64,000 nt of DNA, taken from NCBI GenBank assembly GCA_951406725.2, contig OX597840.1, positions 29,264,001 to 29,328,000 on the forward strand, written 5' to 3'. The notes below the pieces were generated by a model that worked only from the letters and a program-made list of their open reading frames with translations, was not told where the DNA came from and did not search any database. The position numbers were made by a program, and so were the translations under genes. Positions 27,158 through 40,500 of the stretch are shown piece by piece; the stretch's first letter is position 1; each line of letters starts with the position of its first letter. The DNA comes from Octopus vulgaris. Lineage: Eukaryota.

Positions 27158-27310
27158 GTCATCATCATCATCATCATCATCATCAGCATCATCATCATCA
27201 TCATCGTTGTTGTCATTGTCATTGTCTTTCTCATTGTTGTCGTCGTCATCATCCTCATCATCATTATCATCATCACCATCATCATCACCATCACCATCAC
27301 CATCATCATC

Positions 27311-27365
<55 letters not shown>

Positions 27366-27493
27366 CCATCACCATCACCATCATCATCATCATCATCACC
27401 ATCACCATCATCATCATCATCATCATCACCATCACCATCATTCTCATCATCATCATCATCATCATCATCATCACCATCATTCTCATCATCACC

Positions 27494-27528
<35 letters not shown>

Positions 27529-27640
27529 TGTCATTGTCATCGTCGTCGTCGTAGTCTTCAATGATAATAACAGTTTTCAATGTCAACACCGTCATTGTCT
27601 TCAGCATCATTATCATCATTGTTGCTGTCATTGTTGTCAT
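27158..27640. repeat. Compound (CAT/CAC)n microsatellite
   Basis: Triplet run. Confidence 0.95.
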
Positions 27641-27649
27641 TTTTGAAAT

Positions 27650-28478
27650 TTTTGTTGCAGTTCCGACGGTTTATGTAAAGAAAAAATAAACAATAAACTA
27701 AGAATGTGTGCGGACTTTTCAGCTGGATTAAATGATTTTTTAGTCGAACACAATTATCCATTACCAAGTGCAGAAGAAGTGTTCTCAAAACTAAATGGAG
27801 GGAAAATGTTCTCAAAGCCAGACCTCTCGAAGGCCTACCTACAGATACAGGTAGAGGAAGATTGCACACACCTTTTAACAATCAACACACACCGTGGATT
27901 GTATAAATTCAAGCAGCTTCCTTCTGGATCAATGCCACATTCCAACAAGTGAAGAACACAATGTTAAATGACTGGGACTTCACTATCGATTAACTCAATG
28001 ATATTTTCTGAAGAGCAAGTCAGTGGAGCAACACTTTGGACATATTAAAAAAGTATTTGGAAAACTAAAGGAATACGGGTTTAGAGTAACAGAGGAAAAG
28101 CGTGAATTTTTGATGAAAAAATCAAATAGATAAAGTAATTGACAAAAGGAAATGAAGGCCAGAGCTCTCAAGGGCAATGGCTATATGGAAATATGTCTCC
28201 CCCTAACGAATGTCAAATTGTTACAAATATTTTTAGGTTTGGTGAACTATTATCAAGTATATATCCTGAACATACACAACATAAGGGCTCCACTAAAAAG
28301 GATGCCAAATGGCTTTGGTCAGAAAAATGCCAGAAGGCATTTGAGGAACTAAAAAGCATGTAAACTTCTGACTTGTCGCTTACACACTTTGATCCAGAGT
28401 TGGAAATGGTTCTGGCAAAGATGCCAGTGAGTACGGAATGAAGATGGCAGCCAAAACGCCATGGCTCATGCATCAAGG
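27650..28478 (+). pseudogene. Gypsy/Ty3 RT and downstream pol fragment
   Basis: CADFSAGLND....NYPLP..EEVFSKLNGGKMFSKPDLSKAYLQIQV...INTHRGLY; FLGLVNYY; W.WSEKCQKAFEELK; multiple frameshifts. Confidence 0.9.
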
Positions 28479-28493
28479 ATATGTATATATATA

Positions 28494-28735
28494 ATCATCA
28501 TCATCATCATTTAGCATCCGCTTTCCATGCTAGCATGGGTTGGACGGTTCAACTGGGTCTGGGAAGCCAGAAGGCTGCACCAGGCCCAGTCTGATCTGGC
28601 AGTGTTTCTACAGCTGGATGCCCTTCCTAATGCCAACCACTCCGTGAGTGTAGTGGGTGCTTTTTACGTGCCAGACGAGGCTGGCAAACGGCCATGGTCG
28701 GATGGTGCTTTTTACGTGCCACCAGCACGGACGTG
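28494..28735 (-). mobile_element. RTE LINE 3'-end fragment
   Basis: (CAT)n plus RTE terminus in reverse orientation. Confidence 0.88.
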
Positions 28736-28740
28736 ATATA

Positions 28741-28782
<42 letters not shown>

Positions 28783-29130
28783 TGTTTGCTTTTTTGTCTT
28801 TTTTGGCATTTGTAACTTGTGTGGCCTTGAATTTATGAACTCTACAAACTACTCATTAAAGAAAGAAAAAATATATTTATGCAAAGATATATAAAAGTGA
28901 GGAAATTCAAAGACATCCAGCAGTGCCTTTAGAACAATCTACCGAATGAAGTACCAGCAGCACACTGTTGTTGCTGAATCATATTTCTTTATGTAATTAT
29001 TTATAAAATAATTTTTATGTAATGTGTGAGATAGAAAACTTGACAACTTAAAACACAGAAACAAATGTTGCAATTTGTGATAAAATCCTGTTTTCCTCCA
29101 TCTTCTTGTATAAAATTTTATATCATCACA

Positions 29131-29529
29131 TACTCTCTCTTTTTACTCTTTTACTTGTTTCAGTCATTTGACTGCAGCCATGCTGGAGCTCCGCCTTTAG
29201 TCGAGCAAATCGACCCCGGGACTTATTCTTTGTAAGCCTAGTACTTATTCTATCTGCTCTTTTGCCTAACTGCTAAGTGGCGGGGACATAAACACACCAG
29301 CATTGGTTGTCAAGCAATGTTAGGGGGACAAACACAGACACACAAACACCCACATACATATATATATATATACATATATACGACAGGCTTCTTTCAGTTT
29401 CCATCTACCAAATCCACTCACAAAGCATTGGTCGGCCCAGGGCTATAGCAGAAGACACTTGCCCAAGATGCCACGCAGTGGGACTGAACTCGGAACCATG
29501 TGGTTGGTAAACAAGCTACTTACCACACA
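29131..29529 (-). mobile_element. SINE family 1 flanked by a ~78-bp direct duplication
   Basis: Family 1 homology; flanks 29053-29130 and 29525-29545 plus 30041-30097. Confidence 0.9.
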
Positions 29530-29545
29530 GAAACAAATGTTGCAA

Positions 29546-30040
29546 TCTTTATATATAAAAGTAAGGTTGTGTGTCTGTCTCCTACAATTTAGATCCCTAA
29601 CTACTCCCACATTCTGCAGTGCAGTTTAACCAAAACCGGGTATCTTATAGTCGTGATCCACATCGAGCCCTTCTGGGTATTAGCGTGCGTCTACGATGAG
29701 TCTACGATTTAAAAAAAAATTTACCATCATTTCTTTCCATTCTAATGCATTTTTTCGCTATTATATAAGGGAAGTAACTCTCTAAAAATGTCTACGATGA
29801 GTCAATGATTTTTAAAAAATTTACCATCATTTTTTTCCATTTTAATGCATTTTTCGCTATTATATAAGGGAAGTAACTCTCTAAAAATGTCTACGATGAG
29901 TCAACGATTTAAAAAAAATTTACCATCATTTTTTTCCACTTTTAATGCATTTTTTTGCTATTTTTTGGCTATAACTCTCTAAAAATGCTTATATAGTTAT
30001 TTCCCTTACAAACCCGAGCAACGCCGGGTGATACTGCTAG
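29546..30040 (+). mobile_element. Non-autonomous Helitron (family H1) with ~99-bp x3 internal repeat
   Basis: 5' TC(tttatatataaaag), 3' cccgagcaacgccggg hairpin plus CTAG, A|T insertion with no TSD. Confidence 0.92.
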
Positions 30041-31051
30041 TTTGTTATGAAATCCTGTTTTCCTCCATCTTCTTGTATGAATTTTTATATCATCACAGAT
30101 ATATTAGACACACAATTTTCATCAATCAAATCTGCAACATTCAATCACGTTAGAATATGCTCATCAGCGTGAATCTATTTTGGCAGACAGCTACCTAAGG
30201 TGGTCTGCAGTAGAAGCAAACTCAGATTGATGAAGCGGCAGAGCGAAATTCTTCAGACGACATCCATATCTGCAACCACATGCTTAACAACAACAACAAC
30301 AACAACAGCTAAGACCGTAGCAGCAACAGCAACAACACCAAGAACAACATAGACGATGTACCCTAACCACATATCCAACGATTTCAATTTGCGATGCAAC
30401 TCATCTTTCATCGGTTGGGAAAATATTGGAAAAAAGAAAAAAGGCATTATATCTTTGTATAGATACAAATAATCATTTTAACACTAATTGGAGCTGTATT
30501 ATCACCAGGGTAACATTAAGAATCCAAGGAAACTAGTGATGGTCGGTATCGACTACCAGTAAGAATCGGTCAATAAGAGAGTTAGGATTGGATTGTTAGA
30601 TAAATTTAATTATGGTGCGGAGTGAAGAATATATGATTTATTATCTCAGTAATAATGTATTATCTTGACTCATGTAAGTCTTTAACCAGAATGTAATATT
30701 GATTCAATACAATGGCAAGAGACCAGGAATTTATACAAGGGAAGATATATAGGTGTTAATAGTAATATAGGTTGCTGTAGTTGAAATGTTTTCTTTGTAA
30801 ACTTTGGAAGTTCATTGTACAGTTTTCAATCCCACTTTGGTCAAATGTCATTTAGAATTTGTGAGATGAAAACTGTATGGAAGTTTATATGTCTACTCAC
30901 TCAGAACTGATTTGGTGTTAATATGAATTGCATGGTAGAACTAAGTTAGTTAGGTTTCAATCCCATTTCTCACCTTTTTGGGGGAACGCCCTTTATCTTA
31001 AGTTTAGATTTGGTTTATAAAATTTGGTAGTAAGAAATTGTGAAGAAGCTT

Positions 31052-31447
31052 ACTCTTACTCTTTTACTCGTTTCAGTCATTTGACTACGGCCATGCTGGA
31101 GCACCGCCTTTAGTCGAGCAACTCAACCCCGGGACTTATTCTTTTATAAGCCCTGTACTTATTCTATCGGTCTCTTTTGCCGAACCACTAAGTAACGGAG
31201 ACATAAACACACCAGCATCGGTTGTCAAGCAATGCTAGGGGGACAAACACAGACACACAAACATATACACACACATACATATACATATATATATATACAT
31301 ATATACGACAGGCTTCTTTCAGTTTCCGTCTACTAAATCCACTCACAAGGCATTGGTTGGCCCAAGGCTATAGTAGAAGACACTTGCTCAAGGTGCCACA
31401 GAGTGGGACTGAACCTGGAACCATGTGGTTGGTAAAGCAAGCTACTT
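31052..31447 (-). mobile_element. SINE family 1
   Basis: Family homology; head truncated. Confidence 0.9.
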
Positions 31448-32189
31448 TATTTCAATGATTTTGCCATAAAGGCAATACACAGAGGGGACACTACAACACA
31501 TGTGGGGACATATAACAATTAAAAATATAAAAATAAAACATGATATAATGAATGAACATGAAAATTAACATGAAGAACAAATTAAAATATGACAATATAA
31601 ATAGAGAGAGAGGATGAGATAGAAAGAGAGATATAGATATTTTTGTGTGTGTGTGTGTGTGTTTGTATGTATGTGTGTGTGAATTGGTTTGTGTGTATGC
31701 GTGCATGAGTATATGCGTATGGCTGCATCTCCCTATTTTGTCAAAACCATGCAATGAATGTCCTTGGCTTACAATGTCCCTGCTTAGGTAAAATACTACT
31801 GTGTCAAGAAGAAGGGCGTCTAGTAGTTGTTGTGAGTCTGACTCAACAAAGATAATCATGTTGGTGATTACAATGATGACAATGATGATGATGATGGTGA
31901 TGGTGATGATATGTATTCCGCAACTCTTTAAAAGACATGAGCCTACATGCTTCAAATATTTCAAACATTCTTCAACTTCTCAAAGACACTTCCATTCTTA
32001 TATCAGACATTCTAAGAATCAATCTGCAGCAAAAATAAGCTACAGAATTAATGACAAGAGATGGCAAAACACATATGCTGTTCTTTACCATTTCAAATTT
32101 GGTGGCGCTTAGAATCTTTCTCAGACATCTATCTGAAATACCCAGTGTTTTAAAAATACATACCTACATATATATACATATATATATAT

Positions 32190-32304
<115 letters not shown>

Positions 32305-32351
32305 TAGATACAAATGAATATGGTACTTAAGTTGAGGCACCAGAATTTAGT

Positions 32352-33584
32352 ATGGTATTATTGCTCCGAAAGAACCAAAATGGATTCAGACATGGGCGTT
32401 CAACGCTGAGCCAGATACTATGCCTACGCAGACTTATTGAAGAATCAAAAGCATTTAATCGCGATCTTGCAATGGTATTTGTAGACTTTTCTAAAGCGCT
32501 CGATTTTGTAGATAGGTACAAGATGTTTGAAATCCTTAAGCTCTATGGGATACCAGACAAAATCATTTCTGCCATCAAGGTCCTGTACACAGATACGTCT
32601 TCAACCATCTTAACCCCTGACGGAGAAACATCATCTTTCCCAATCAAAGCCGGAATACTGCAGGGAGACACACTTGCCCCATTTCTTTTCATCATTGTTG
32701 TTGATTATGTGCTACGTATGTCAGTTGATACCATCTCTGGCAAGGGCTTTGAAATAAAACCAAGAAGAAGTTCCAGACACCCAGCTGAGTACTTGACAGA
32801 CACTGACTTTGCTGACGGCATCGCTCTTATCAGTGATTCTCTCTCCAATACCCAGTCTCTTTTACAATCTCTCAAACAAGCCTCAAATTGTGTTGGTCTT
32901 TACCTCAATGAGGCCAAAACTGAATACATAAACAAGTGCCTGTCCAACAGTGATTGCATCATCCATACTCTCAACAATGCGCCCTTAAATATGGTTTCTG
33001 ATTATAAATATCTTGGGTCATACATATCATCATCTGGAAAAGACTTTCTAACTAGAAAGGGTATGGCCTGGTCAGCCTGTAATGACATGCATAAGATCTG
33101 GTCATTAAATCTAAGTAGAGACTTCAAACTTGAAATCTTCAAAGCCACAGTCGAACCAATTCTACTATATGGCTCAGAAACCTGGACGTTATCAAAGAAG
33201 CTTGAGAGGCAGTTGGATGGAACCTACACTCGCCTCCTTATGAGAGCTCAAAATCTCTCGTGGAAGCGCCATCCAACCAAAATGCAAATATATGGGAAAC
33301 TACTACCTGTGTCATCTCTTGTGAAAGGTAGGAGAGTCCAGTTTGCTGGACATTGTTGTAGAGCTGAAAAAGAAGTAATTTCTACTTTTCTCCTCTGGAA
33401 GCCATCTACTCGCAATACCAGAGGGTGCACACTCTCCTACCCTGATGTAATCTCCAGGGATACAGGCATCCAGCAACAGGACCTCCGTAATGCCATGATG
33501 GACCGTGAAGTCTGGCGTAGCATGGTGAATTCCATTGTCTCGACCACGGTCGAACAATGATGATGATGATGATAATGGTATTAT
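32352..33584 (+). mobile_element. 5'-truncated RTE-clade LINE (RT ORF 32352-33560)
   Basis: QNGFR.GRST, FVDFSKA, GILQGDTLAPFLF, FADG (YADD motif altered), YKYLGS, LLYGSETW; (TGA)n tail starting at the stop codon; 10-bp TSD atggtattat at 32352-32361 and 33575-33584. Confidence 0.93.
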
Positions 33585-33618
33585 CCATACAATTTCAGAG
33601 TAAGGTGATTAAAATCAA

Positions 33619-34052
33619 AATAAGTAACAAGGATATCCAGAGGTAATGCAGTACGATCGTTTCATGCAACTCCATTTAATTGAACAATGCAATGATTACA
33701 TCAATTTAAAATGCAGAGCAATCCTCAGCTACACAAAGACATAGAATTTAATTAAATTAGAACAGATGGACACATTAGTATAATTTTACCTAAAATCTCC
33801 AAGACGTTAAGGAGATAGACAAAGAACATGCTGTCTCCACTCCAGCATAGAGTAACTTCTATGCTGGAGTGGAGACAGAATGTTCTTTGTCTATCTCCTT
33901 AACTACTTGGAGATTTTAGGTAAAATTATACTAATGCTCTAATTTAATTAAATTCTGCATTTTAAATTGATGTAATGATTGCATTGTTCAATTCAATGGA
34001 GATGCATGAAACGATCGTACTGCATTACCTCTGGATATCCTTGATGCTTATT
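33619..34052. repeat. ~430-bp palindrome (long inverted repeat), Penelope pLTR-like
   Basis: Arms such as ggatatccagaggtaatgcagtacgatcgtttcatgca and tgcatgaaacgatcgtactgcattacctctggatatcc; centre near 33854. Confidence 0.92.
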
Positions 34053-34055
34053 CTG

Positions 34056-34091
<36 letters not shown>

Positions 34092-34918
34092 AGAGAGAGA
34101 GAAAGAGATACACACACACACACACACATATATATACACATACATATAATTTTCTTCTGCATTTTCCAAAGCTTCACAACCAATTGCTTTGAAATTCTAG
34201 GCATTTCGAAACCTCTCTATCTCGTCATGTTTCAAAGAATATTTTTTTCCTTTAGAATTTTCAAAACCTTATCCAACGTTATTTTGATCACAATCATAAA
34301 ATGGTGGCATTTAGTGTTGTAGAGTTTATTATGGATGTTCCTGCCTGTCTGCCAAGATTGGTGGAAGATAAATACAAAAGATAAAACAGGAAGACGTTGC
34401 TTCTTACTTTTCATCGTTCTACTAAAATAACCATTCTGTTCATGAAATTGGTTTGTATGTGTTATCTTTCTGGCCTTCAGGAGAAGTGAACAAAAACTGT
34501 TTTAAATTGGTGCCTTATCACCAAACTGTTCATTAAATGAGACTTTTCTGAATAACAGAGTGTTGATACTAAACATCAGAGGCAAGAAATAATTCTCATA
34601 TAAGACCAAATCGATAATTCTTAGCTCAAATTCCAAGTAAAGCAGGGAATGCTGGTAAATGGGCAGAGGTAGCAGGATCTAAGAAAATTTCTTTATTGTT
34701 ACAGAGAAAATTCTAAACAATCGCAACATGGGAAGACATATTTAGCCATTCAAATTCTGACAGAATCAGTTAACATCACTTAAGCATTTATTAATGACTG
34801 TTAAAACATTTGGGGCACTAGTTATGACCTATCACTGATAAGGTCTCACTACAACTGCCCATGTATACACACACACACACACACACATTCATACAAGCAC
34901 ATACAAACACATATATAA

Positions 34919-34951
<33 letters not shown>

Positions 34952-34953
<2 letters not shown>

Positions 34954-35170
34954 CATTACTGCTCATAAGAGGCTAAACAGAGGGGACAAACAAGGACAGA
35001 CAAAGGGATTAAGTCGATTACATCGGCCCCAGTGAAACTGGTACTTTATTTATCGACCCTGAAAGGATGAAAGACAAAGTCGACATCTGCGGAATTTGAA
35101 CTCAGAATGTAACGATAGACAAAATACCACTAAGTATTTCGCCCGGTGTGCTAACGTTTCTGCCAGCTCA
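34952..35170 (-). mobile_element. SINE family 2
   Basis: Family homology. Confidence 0.85.
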
Positions 35171-35548
35171 CATTACATATATATATATGTATATATATAC
35201 ACATACACACACACACACTCAAATATATACATAGATTTGGTAGACAGGCTTCTTTCAGTTTCCATCTTCAAAATCCACTCACAAGGCTTTGGTCGACCTG
35301 AGGCTATAGTAGAAGTTACTAGCCCAAGGTACCATGCAGTGGAACTGAACCTGGAACCATGTTGTTGGTAAGCAAGCTACTTACCACACAGCCACTCCTG
35401 TGTCTATAAAAATCGACATTAGCCGAATTTGAACTAAGAACGATGAAATGCCGCTAAGCATTATGACCGATGTGCTAATGGTTCTGCTAGTTCACCGATT
35501 TGTATATTAACAATTTTTAATACGCATATATATATATATATATATATA

Positions 35549-37584
35549 AATAACTACAGAGGTATCAAGCTGTTGGACCAGGTGATGAAGGTTACGGAGA
35601 GGGTCATAGCCCAACTAATTAGAGAGAGAGTTAGTTTAGATGAGATGCAGTTTGGGTTTGTGCCAGGGAAAAGTACTACTGATGCTATATTCCTGGTAAG
35701 GCAGCTGCAGGAGAAATACCTAGCCAAAGATAAGCCCCTGTACCTGGCTTTTGTTGACATGGAGAAAGCCTTCGACAGGGTCCCCCGATCCCTTATCTGG
35801 TGGGCAATGAGGAAACTAGGGATAGATGAATGGTTAGTGAGAGCTGTGCGGGCCATGTACAGGGACGCCGCTAGTAGGGTGAGGGTTGGAAATGTGTACA
35901 GTGAAGAATTCCGGGTAGAGGTAGGAGTCCACCAAGGCTCAGTACTCAGCCCCCTCCTATTTATCATAGTCCTCCAGGCAATAACGGAGGAATTCAAGAC
36001 AGGATGCCCTTGGGAGCTCCTCTATGCTGATGACCTTGCTCTAATTGCTGAGTCGCTATCAGAACTGGAGGAGAAGTTTCAGGTGTGGAAACAAGGATTA
36101 GAATCGAAGGGCCTCAGAGTCAATCTAGCTAAAACCAAAGTCGTAATCAGTAGGAAGGTAGACAAATCACAAACACCTTCAGGTAGATGGCCCTGCTCGA
36201 TCTGTAGAAAAGGTGTAGGTAGAAACTCTATAAGATGCACCAAGTGTAAGCTATGGACACATAAGAGATGCAGCAATGTCAAAGGAAGGCTAACTAGGAA
36301 GATGGTTTTTGTATGTGGCAGATGCTCAGGAACAATAAACACTGAAAATGCTCTGAGACCAACTTCCGTCACTTTCCAGGGAGAAAAACTAGAAATAGTT
36401 GATAGTTTCCGTTACCTAGGTGACCAAGTCAGCAGCGGGGGCGGGTGTGCTGAAAGTGTAACTGCTAGAGTAAGAATAGCTTGGGCAAAGTTCAGAGAGC
36501 TCTTACCTCTGCTGGTGACAAAAGGCCTCTCGCACAGAGTGAAAGGCAGACTGTATGATGCGTGTGTACGAACAGCCATGCTACATGGCAGTGAAACATG
36601 GGCCGTGACTGCTGAGGATATGCGTAAGCTCGCTAGAAATGAAGCCAGTATGCTCCGATGGATGTGTAATGCCGGTACTCACACTCGGCAGAGTGTAAGT
36701 ACCTTGAGAGAAAAGCTGGACCTAAGAAGCATCAGTTGTGGTGTGCAAGAGAGACGTTTGCGCTGGTATGGTCATGTGGCGAGAATGGATGAAGATAGTT
36801 GTGTGAAAAAGTGCCACACCCTAGCGGTTGAGGGAACCTGTGGAAGAGGCAGACCCAGGAAAACCTGGGACGAGGTGGTGAAGCACGACCTTCGAACTTT
36901 AGGTCTCACTGAGGAAATGACTAGAGACCGAGACCTCTGGAAGTGTGCTGTGCGCGAGAAGACCCGGCAGGACAAGTGAGTCCATAACCCGTGGCCTTCT
37001 ACATGGGATGGAGCCAGCCTACGTATGCATACCTTCCCTTCTTGGGACACAAAACTCTACTTGTGAAGACGTGATGAGGCAAGTGAGGATCAGAATCGAA
37101 ATCGATCAATGGAAATTGCGGATGTGCTACCAGTGCCGGTGGCATGTCAAAACTCTGCTTGTGAAGACCCGTTGAGGCAAGTGAGGATCAGAATCGAAAT
37201 CGATCAATGGAAATCGATCAATGGAAATTGCAGATGTGTTACCAGTGCCGGTGGCATGTAAGAGAACTTTCCGTTTCGCGACCGTTGCCAGCACCGCCCC
37301 GTTTCGTGTCCGTTGCCAGCCTCGCCTGGCCCTCGTGCCGGTGGCACATAAAAAGCACCATCCGTTCGTGGCCGTTTGCCAGCTCTGTCTGGCACCAGTG
37401 CGGGTGGCACGTAAAAAGCACCCACTACACTCACGGAGTGGTTGGCGTTAGGAAGGGCATCCAGCCGTAGAAACACTGCCAGATTTGACTGGGCCTGATG
37501 AAGCCTTCTGGCTTCACAGACCCCAGTAGAACCGTCCAACCCATGCTAGCATGGAAAACGGACGCTAAACGACGATGATGATGA

Positions 37585-37587
<3 letters not shown>
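35549..37587 (+). mobile_element. 5'-truncated RTE-clade LINE with intact reading frame, 3' UTR and (GAT)n tail
   Basis: Open frame from NNYRGIKLL, 3' UTR with internal duplications, inserted between TA runs. Confidence 0.95.
35573..36979 (+). CDS. RTE-type reverse transcriptase (C-terminal part) with PHD-like C4HC3 finger
   Basis: QFGF.PG, FVDMEKAFDRV, GVHQGSVLSPLLF, LYADD, FRYLG, GRGRPRKTW; CSIC...CTKC....H..C...CGRC. Confidence 0.9.
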   Translation: MDQVMKVTERVIAQLIRERVSLDEMQFGFVPGKSTTDAIFLVRQLQEKYLAKDKPLYLAFVDMEKAFDRVPRSLIWWAMRKLGIDEWLVRAVRAMYRDAASRVRVGNVYSEEFRVEVGVHQGSVLSPLLFIIVLQAITEEFKTGCPWELLYADDLALIAESLSELEEKFQVWKQGLESKGLRVNLAKTKVVISRKVDKSQTPSGRWPCSICRKGVGRNSIRCTKCKLWTHKRCSNVKGRLTRKMVFVCGRCSGTINTENALRPTSVTFQGEKLEIVDSFRYLGDQVSSGGGCAESVTARVRIAWAKFRELLPLLVTKGLSHRVKGRLYDACVRTAMLHGSETWAVTAEDMRKLARNEASMLRWMCNAGTHTRQSVSTLREKLDLRSISCGVQERRLRWYGHVARMDEDSCVKKCHTLAVEGTCGRGRPRKTWDEVVKHDLRTLGLTEEMTRDRDLWKCAVREKTRQDK

Positions 37588-37639
<52 letters not shown>

Positions 37640-37648
<9 letters not shown>

Positions 37649-40085
37649 GTGATAGAAATATGTTACAAAAATAAAATAGAAACTACATGTGGAAATGTAA
37701 GGGGAAAGTAAGAAGAAAAATAAGCGAAAATGGACATTGGAAATCAAAAAAAGTAAAGGCTTTTTATGAAAAGTAACGATAAATATATACAATTAGATGA
37801 ACTGAGGTAGGAATAAAAGTAATAAAAGTCATTATTATGAATTGTTAAAGAGATTCAAAAGCATACTGGTTTCGTGGATTTACTAATCATTACTTTGAAT
37901 GAACACCAATTAATGAACGGTGTCAGGTCTTCTAGTTCCTGAGTAAAACGATTATGTGTAAGGGAGGCAAGAAGTTCTGGATTTGGTGCAATTAGGTTAG
38001 ATATAGATCTGTAATGTGAATGGTGTATGGAGTTAGTGGTATTAATTGAAAGCTTAGTAGTGTTCTGTATTATGTTATGTGTTCATATTGAGTTGTGGAA
38101 GATATTTATTGAAGAACGTTGCCTATTTATTCATTCTTTGTTGTACTGAGGTGTTCTGTGAACATTGATAGAAGGGGGAAATTAGCAAATTAGGATTAAG
38201 ATTCCTAGCACAGCTTTCTATATGTTCATTGACCTGTATCTGTCTGTATTGTGGGTGGCGTATTTGTTCTTTGTGGAGAGTGGTTCTTTGACGGAGTGAT
38301 ATTCCTGTTTGGCCAATATAATTATTACCACACCCTAAGCATGTAATGGCATAGATAAGATTTTCTGAGGCACAGGTGAAATTTGATTTGATCTTAAATA
38401 TTTCATCTTGTTTAAAGTGGAATTCTGAACCCTCCAAAAGGTGGAGGCATGTACCACAGTTAGGCCGACTGCATTTTTTCCACTTTTGGTTCCATTGTTA
38501 ATGGATATAGTCTTGCGCAGGTTAATATTTTTTTTCAATGATTTGGGTTGTATTTTGCTCTTGATAATTTTGTGTGAGCTTAAAATTTTGTTCATTGTTT
38601 TATCTCCTGTAAGGATGGCAAGATTTTGGATGATAATGTTAAAGGCTTCATAGTTTCTAGGGTTATGTGTGGAGATATATGGGAGTATTTTTAAGTCTGG
38701 TTTAGTATTTCGGTTGACTTTTCTTAATGTTCGTATCTCTATTTCCATAGCTTGTTTAATGCCATCATTTATAAATGATATTGGGTAAAGTTTTTTGATT
38801 AGGGTATGAGTTCAAGGATTCTTCGTTCACGAGTATAGTGGTCTGAAACTATGGTACAGATTCTTTTCACTAGATTATAAGGTATATTAATTTTTATGTG
38901 TTTGGGGTGGCATGAGTTGAATAATAGGTATTGCTTTGAATCTATGGGTTTATAGAAGATGACTGTTTCGATGTGGTTATTGACTATTTTGATTAGGATG
39001 TCAAGAAAAGGGAGTTCTTTACTGCTGTGCTCCATGGTGAATTGTATGTTGCTATTAATATTGTTAAGCATTATTTTGAAATCGAAGAGTTTGTCCATGC
39101 TGTCTTTCCAAACTATAAATCAATTGTCCAAATACCTCTTCTAGTCCTCCTTTAAATAGCAATGAAATGAGGTGCCATATTTTTGTAGTGATGATTGATA
39201 TATTTCAAGCTCTAGGTAACCCCTTACAAGGTTCACAATCACTAGAGCCACTCGGGTTCCCGTTGCAATTCCACATTTTTGTCGATAGTAAACTGTATCG
39301 AACATGAAATAGTTGTTCAGTTGGATGAATTTGAGTGCTGCAATTATGAATCTGTGGTTGATGCATCCTGGGATCTCTTCTGGGTATTTTTTTAGCCAGA
39401 AGGTGATTGCTTCTATACCATAGTCATGTGAGATATTGGTGTACAAATTCACCACATCGAATGATACTAACAGAGTTCCTCCATTTATTGTCTTCAGGAG
39501 GTGGTTCAACATGTCTAAGTCATTCCTGATGAAGCTTTCCACATATTTTAGAAACGGTTTGAGTAAGATGTCGAGGAAGTTGCTCAAACGGTGGGCTTCA
39601 CAAGAAGCAGGGCCAGCAATGATGTGTCTCAGTTTGAGGTTAGTAGCGGGGGGCAACATTAATGCATAGGCTTGGAGAAACTTTGCAAGCTTTACAAATA
39701 TGTAGATTTTTGTGTATTTTAGGTAATCCGTAGAATAGACTAGGTCTGTATTTAAAATTGGGTAAATAGTCAATTTCGTGTTTCGTGAGGACCTTTCCAT
39801 GTATTTGAAGTAAGGAGGATAAATTTTTAATTGTCTTCTGTGGGTTGTGTTGTACTATCTTCTCATAGTAAATATTATTTTCCAACATGGAGGGTACTAA
39901 ATTTTTGTAGTACTCTGTGTCCATCACCACTATGGCACTTCCTTTGTCGGCTTCTTTAATGGTGAGGCTTATATAATTTTTTAACTCGATTAGGTCTTTC
40001 CATTCATTTGCATTAAGGTTGGATTTAAATTGTTGTTTTGGTACGGTATTAAAAGGAAAACTGGTAATGAGCTCACAAGAAGCAT
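37640..40085 (-). mobile_element. Decayed Penelope-like retroelement (RT plus GIY-YIG endonuclease)
   Basis: [15 protein letters not shown] and FYGLPKIHK (39640-40122); SFDVVNLYTNI and YRQKCGIATG (39141-39800); IQFTME..LPFLD and YKP..S..YL.F.SCHP (38799-39098); NLIYAITC..C..NYIGQTG (38123-38437); frameshifts. Confidence 0.95.
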
Positions 40086-40089
40086 CAAG

Positions 40090-40500
<411 letters not shown>

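Noticed and set aside
34150-34750. Possible exons or transposase relic in a non-repetitive island
   Set aside because: All frames close quickly and no recognisable motif was found
35554-37050. Antisense ORFs over the RTE CDS
   Set aside because: Shadow ORFs of a coding strand
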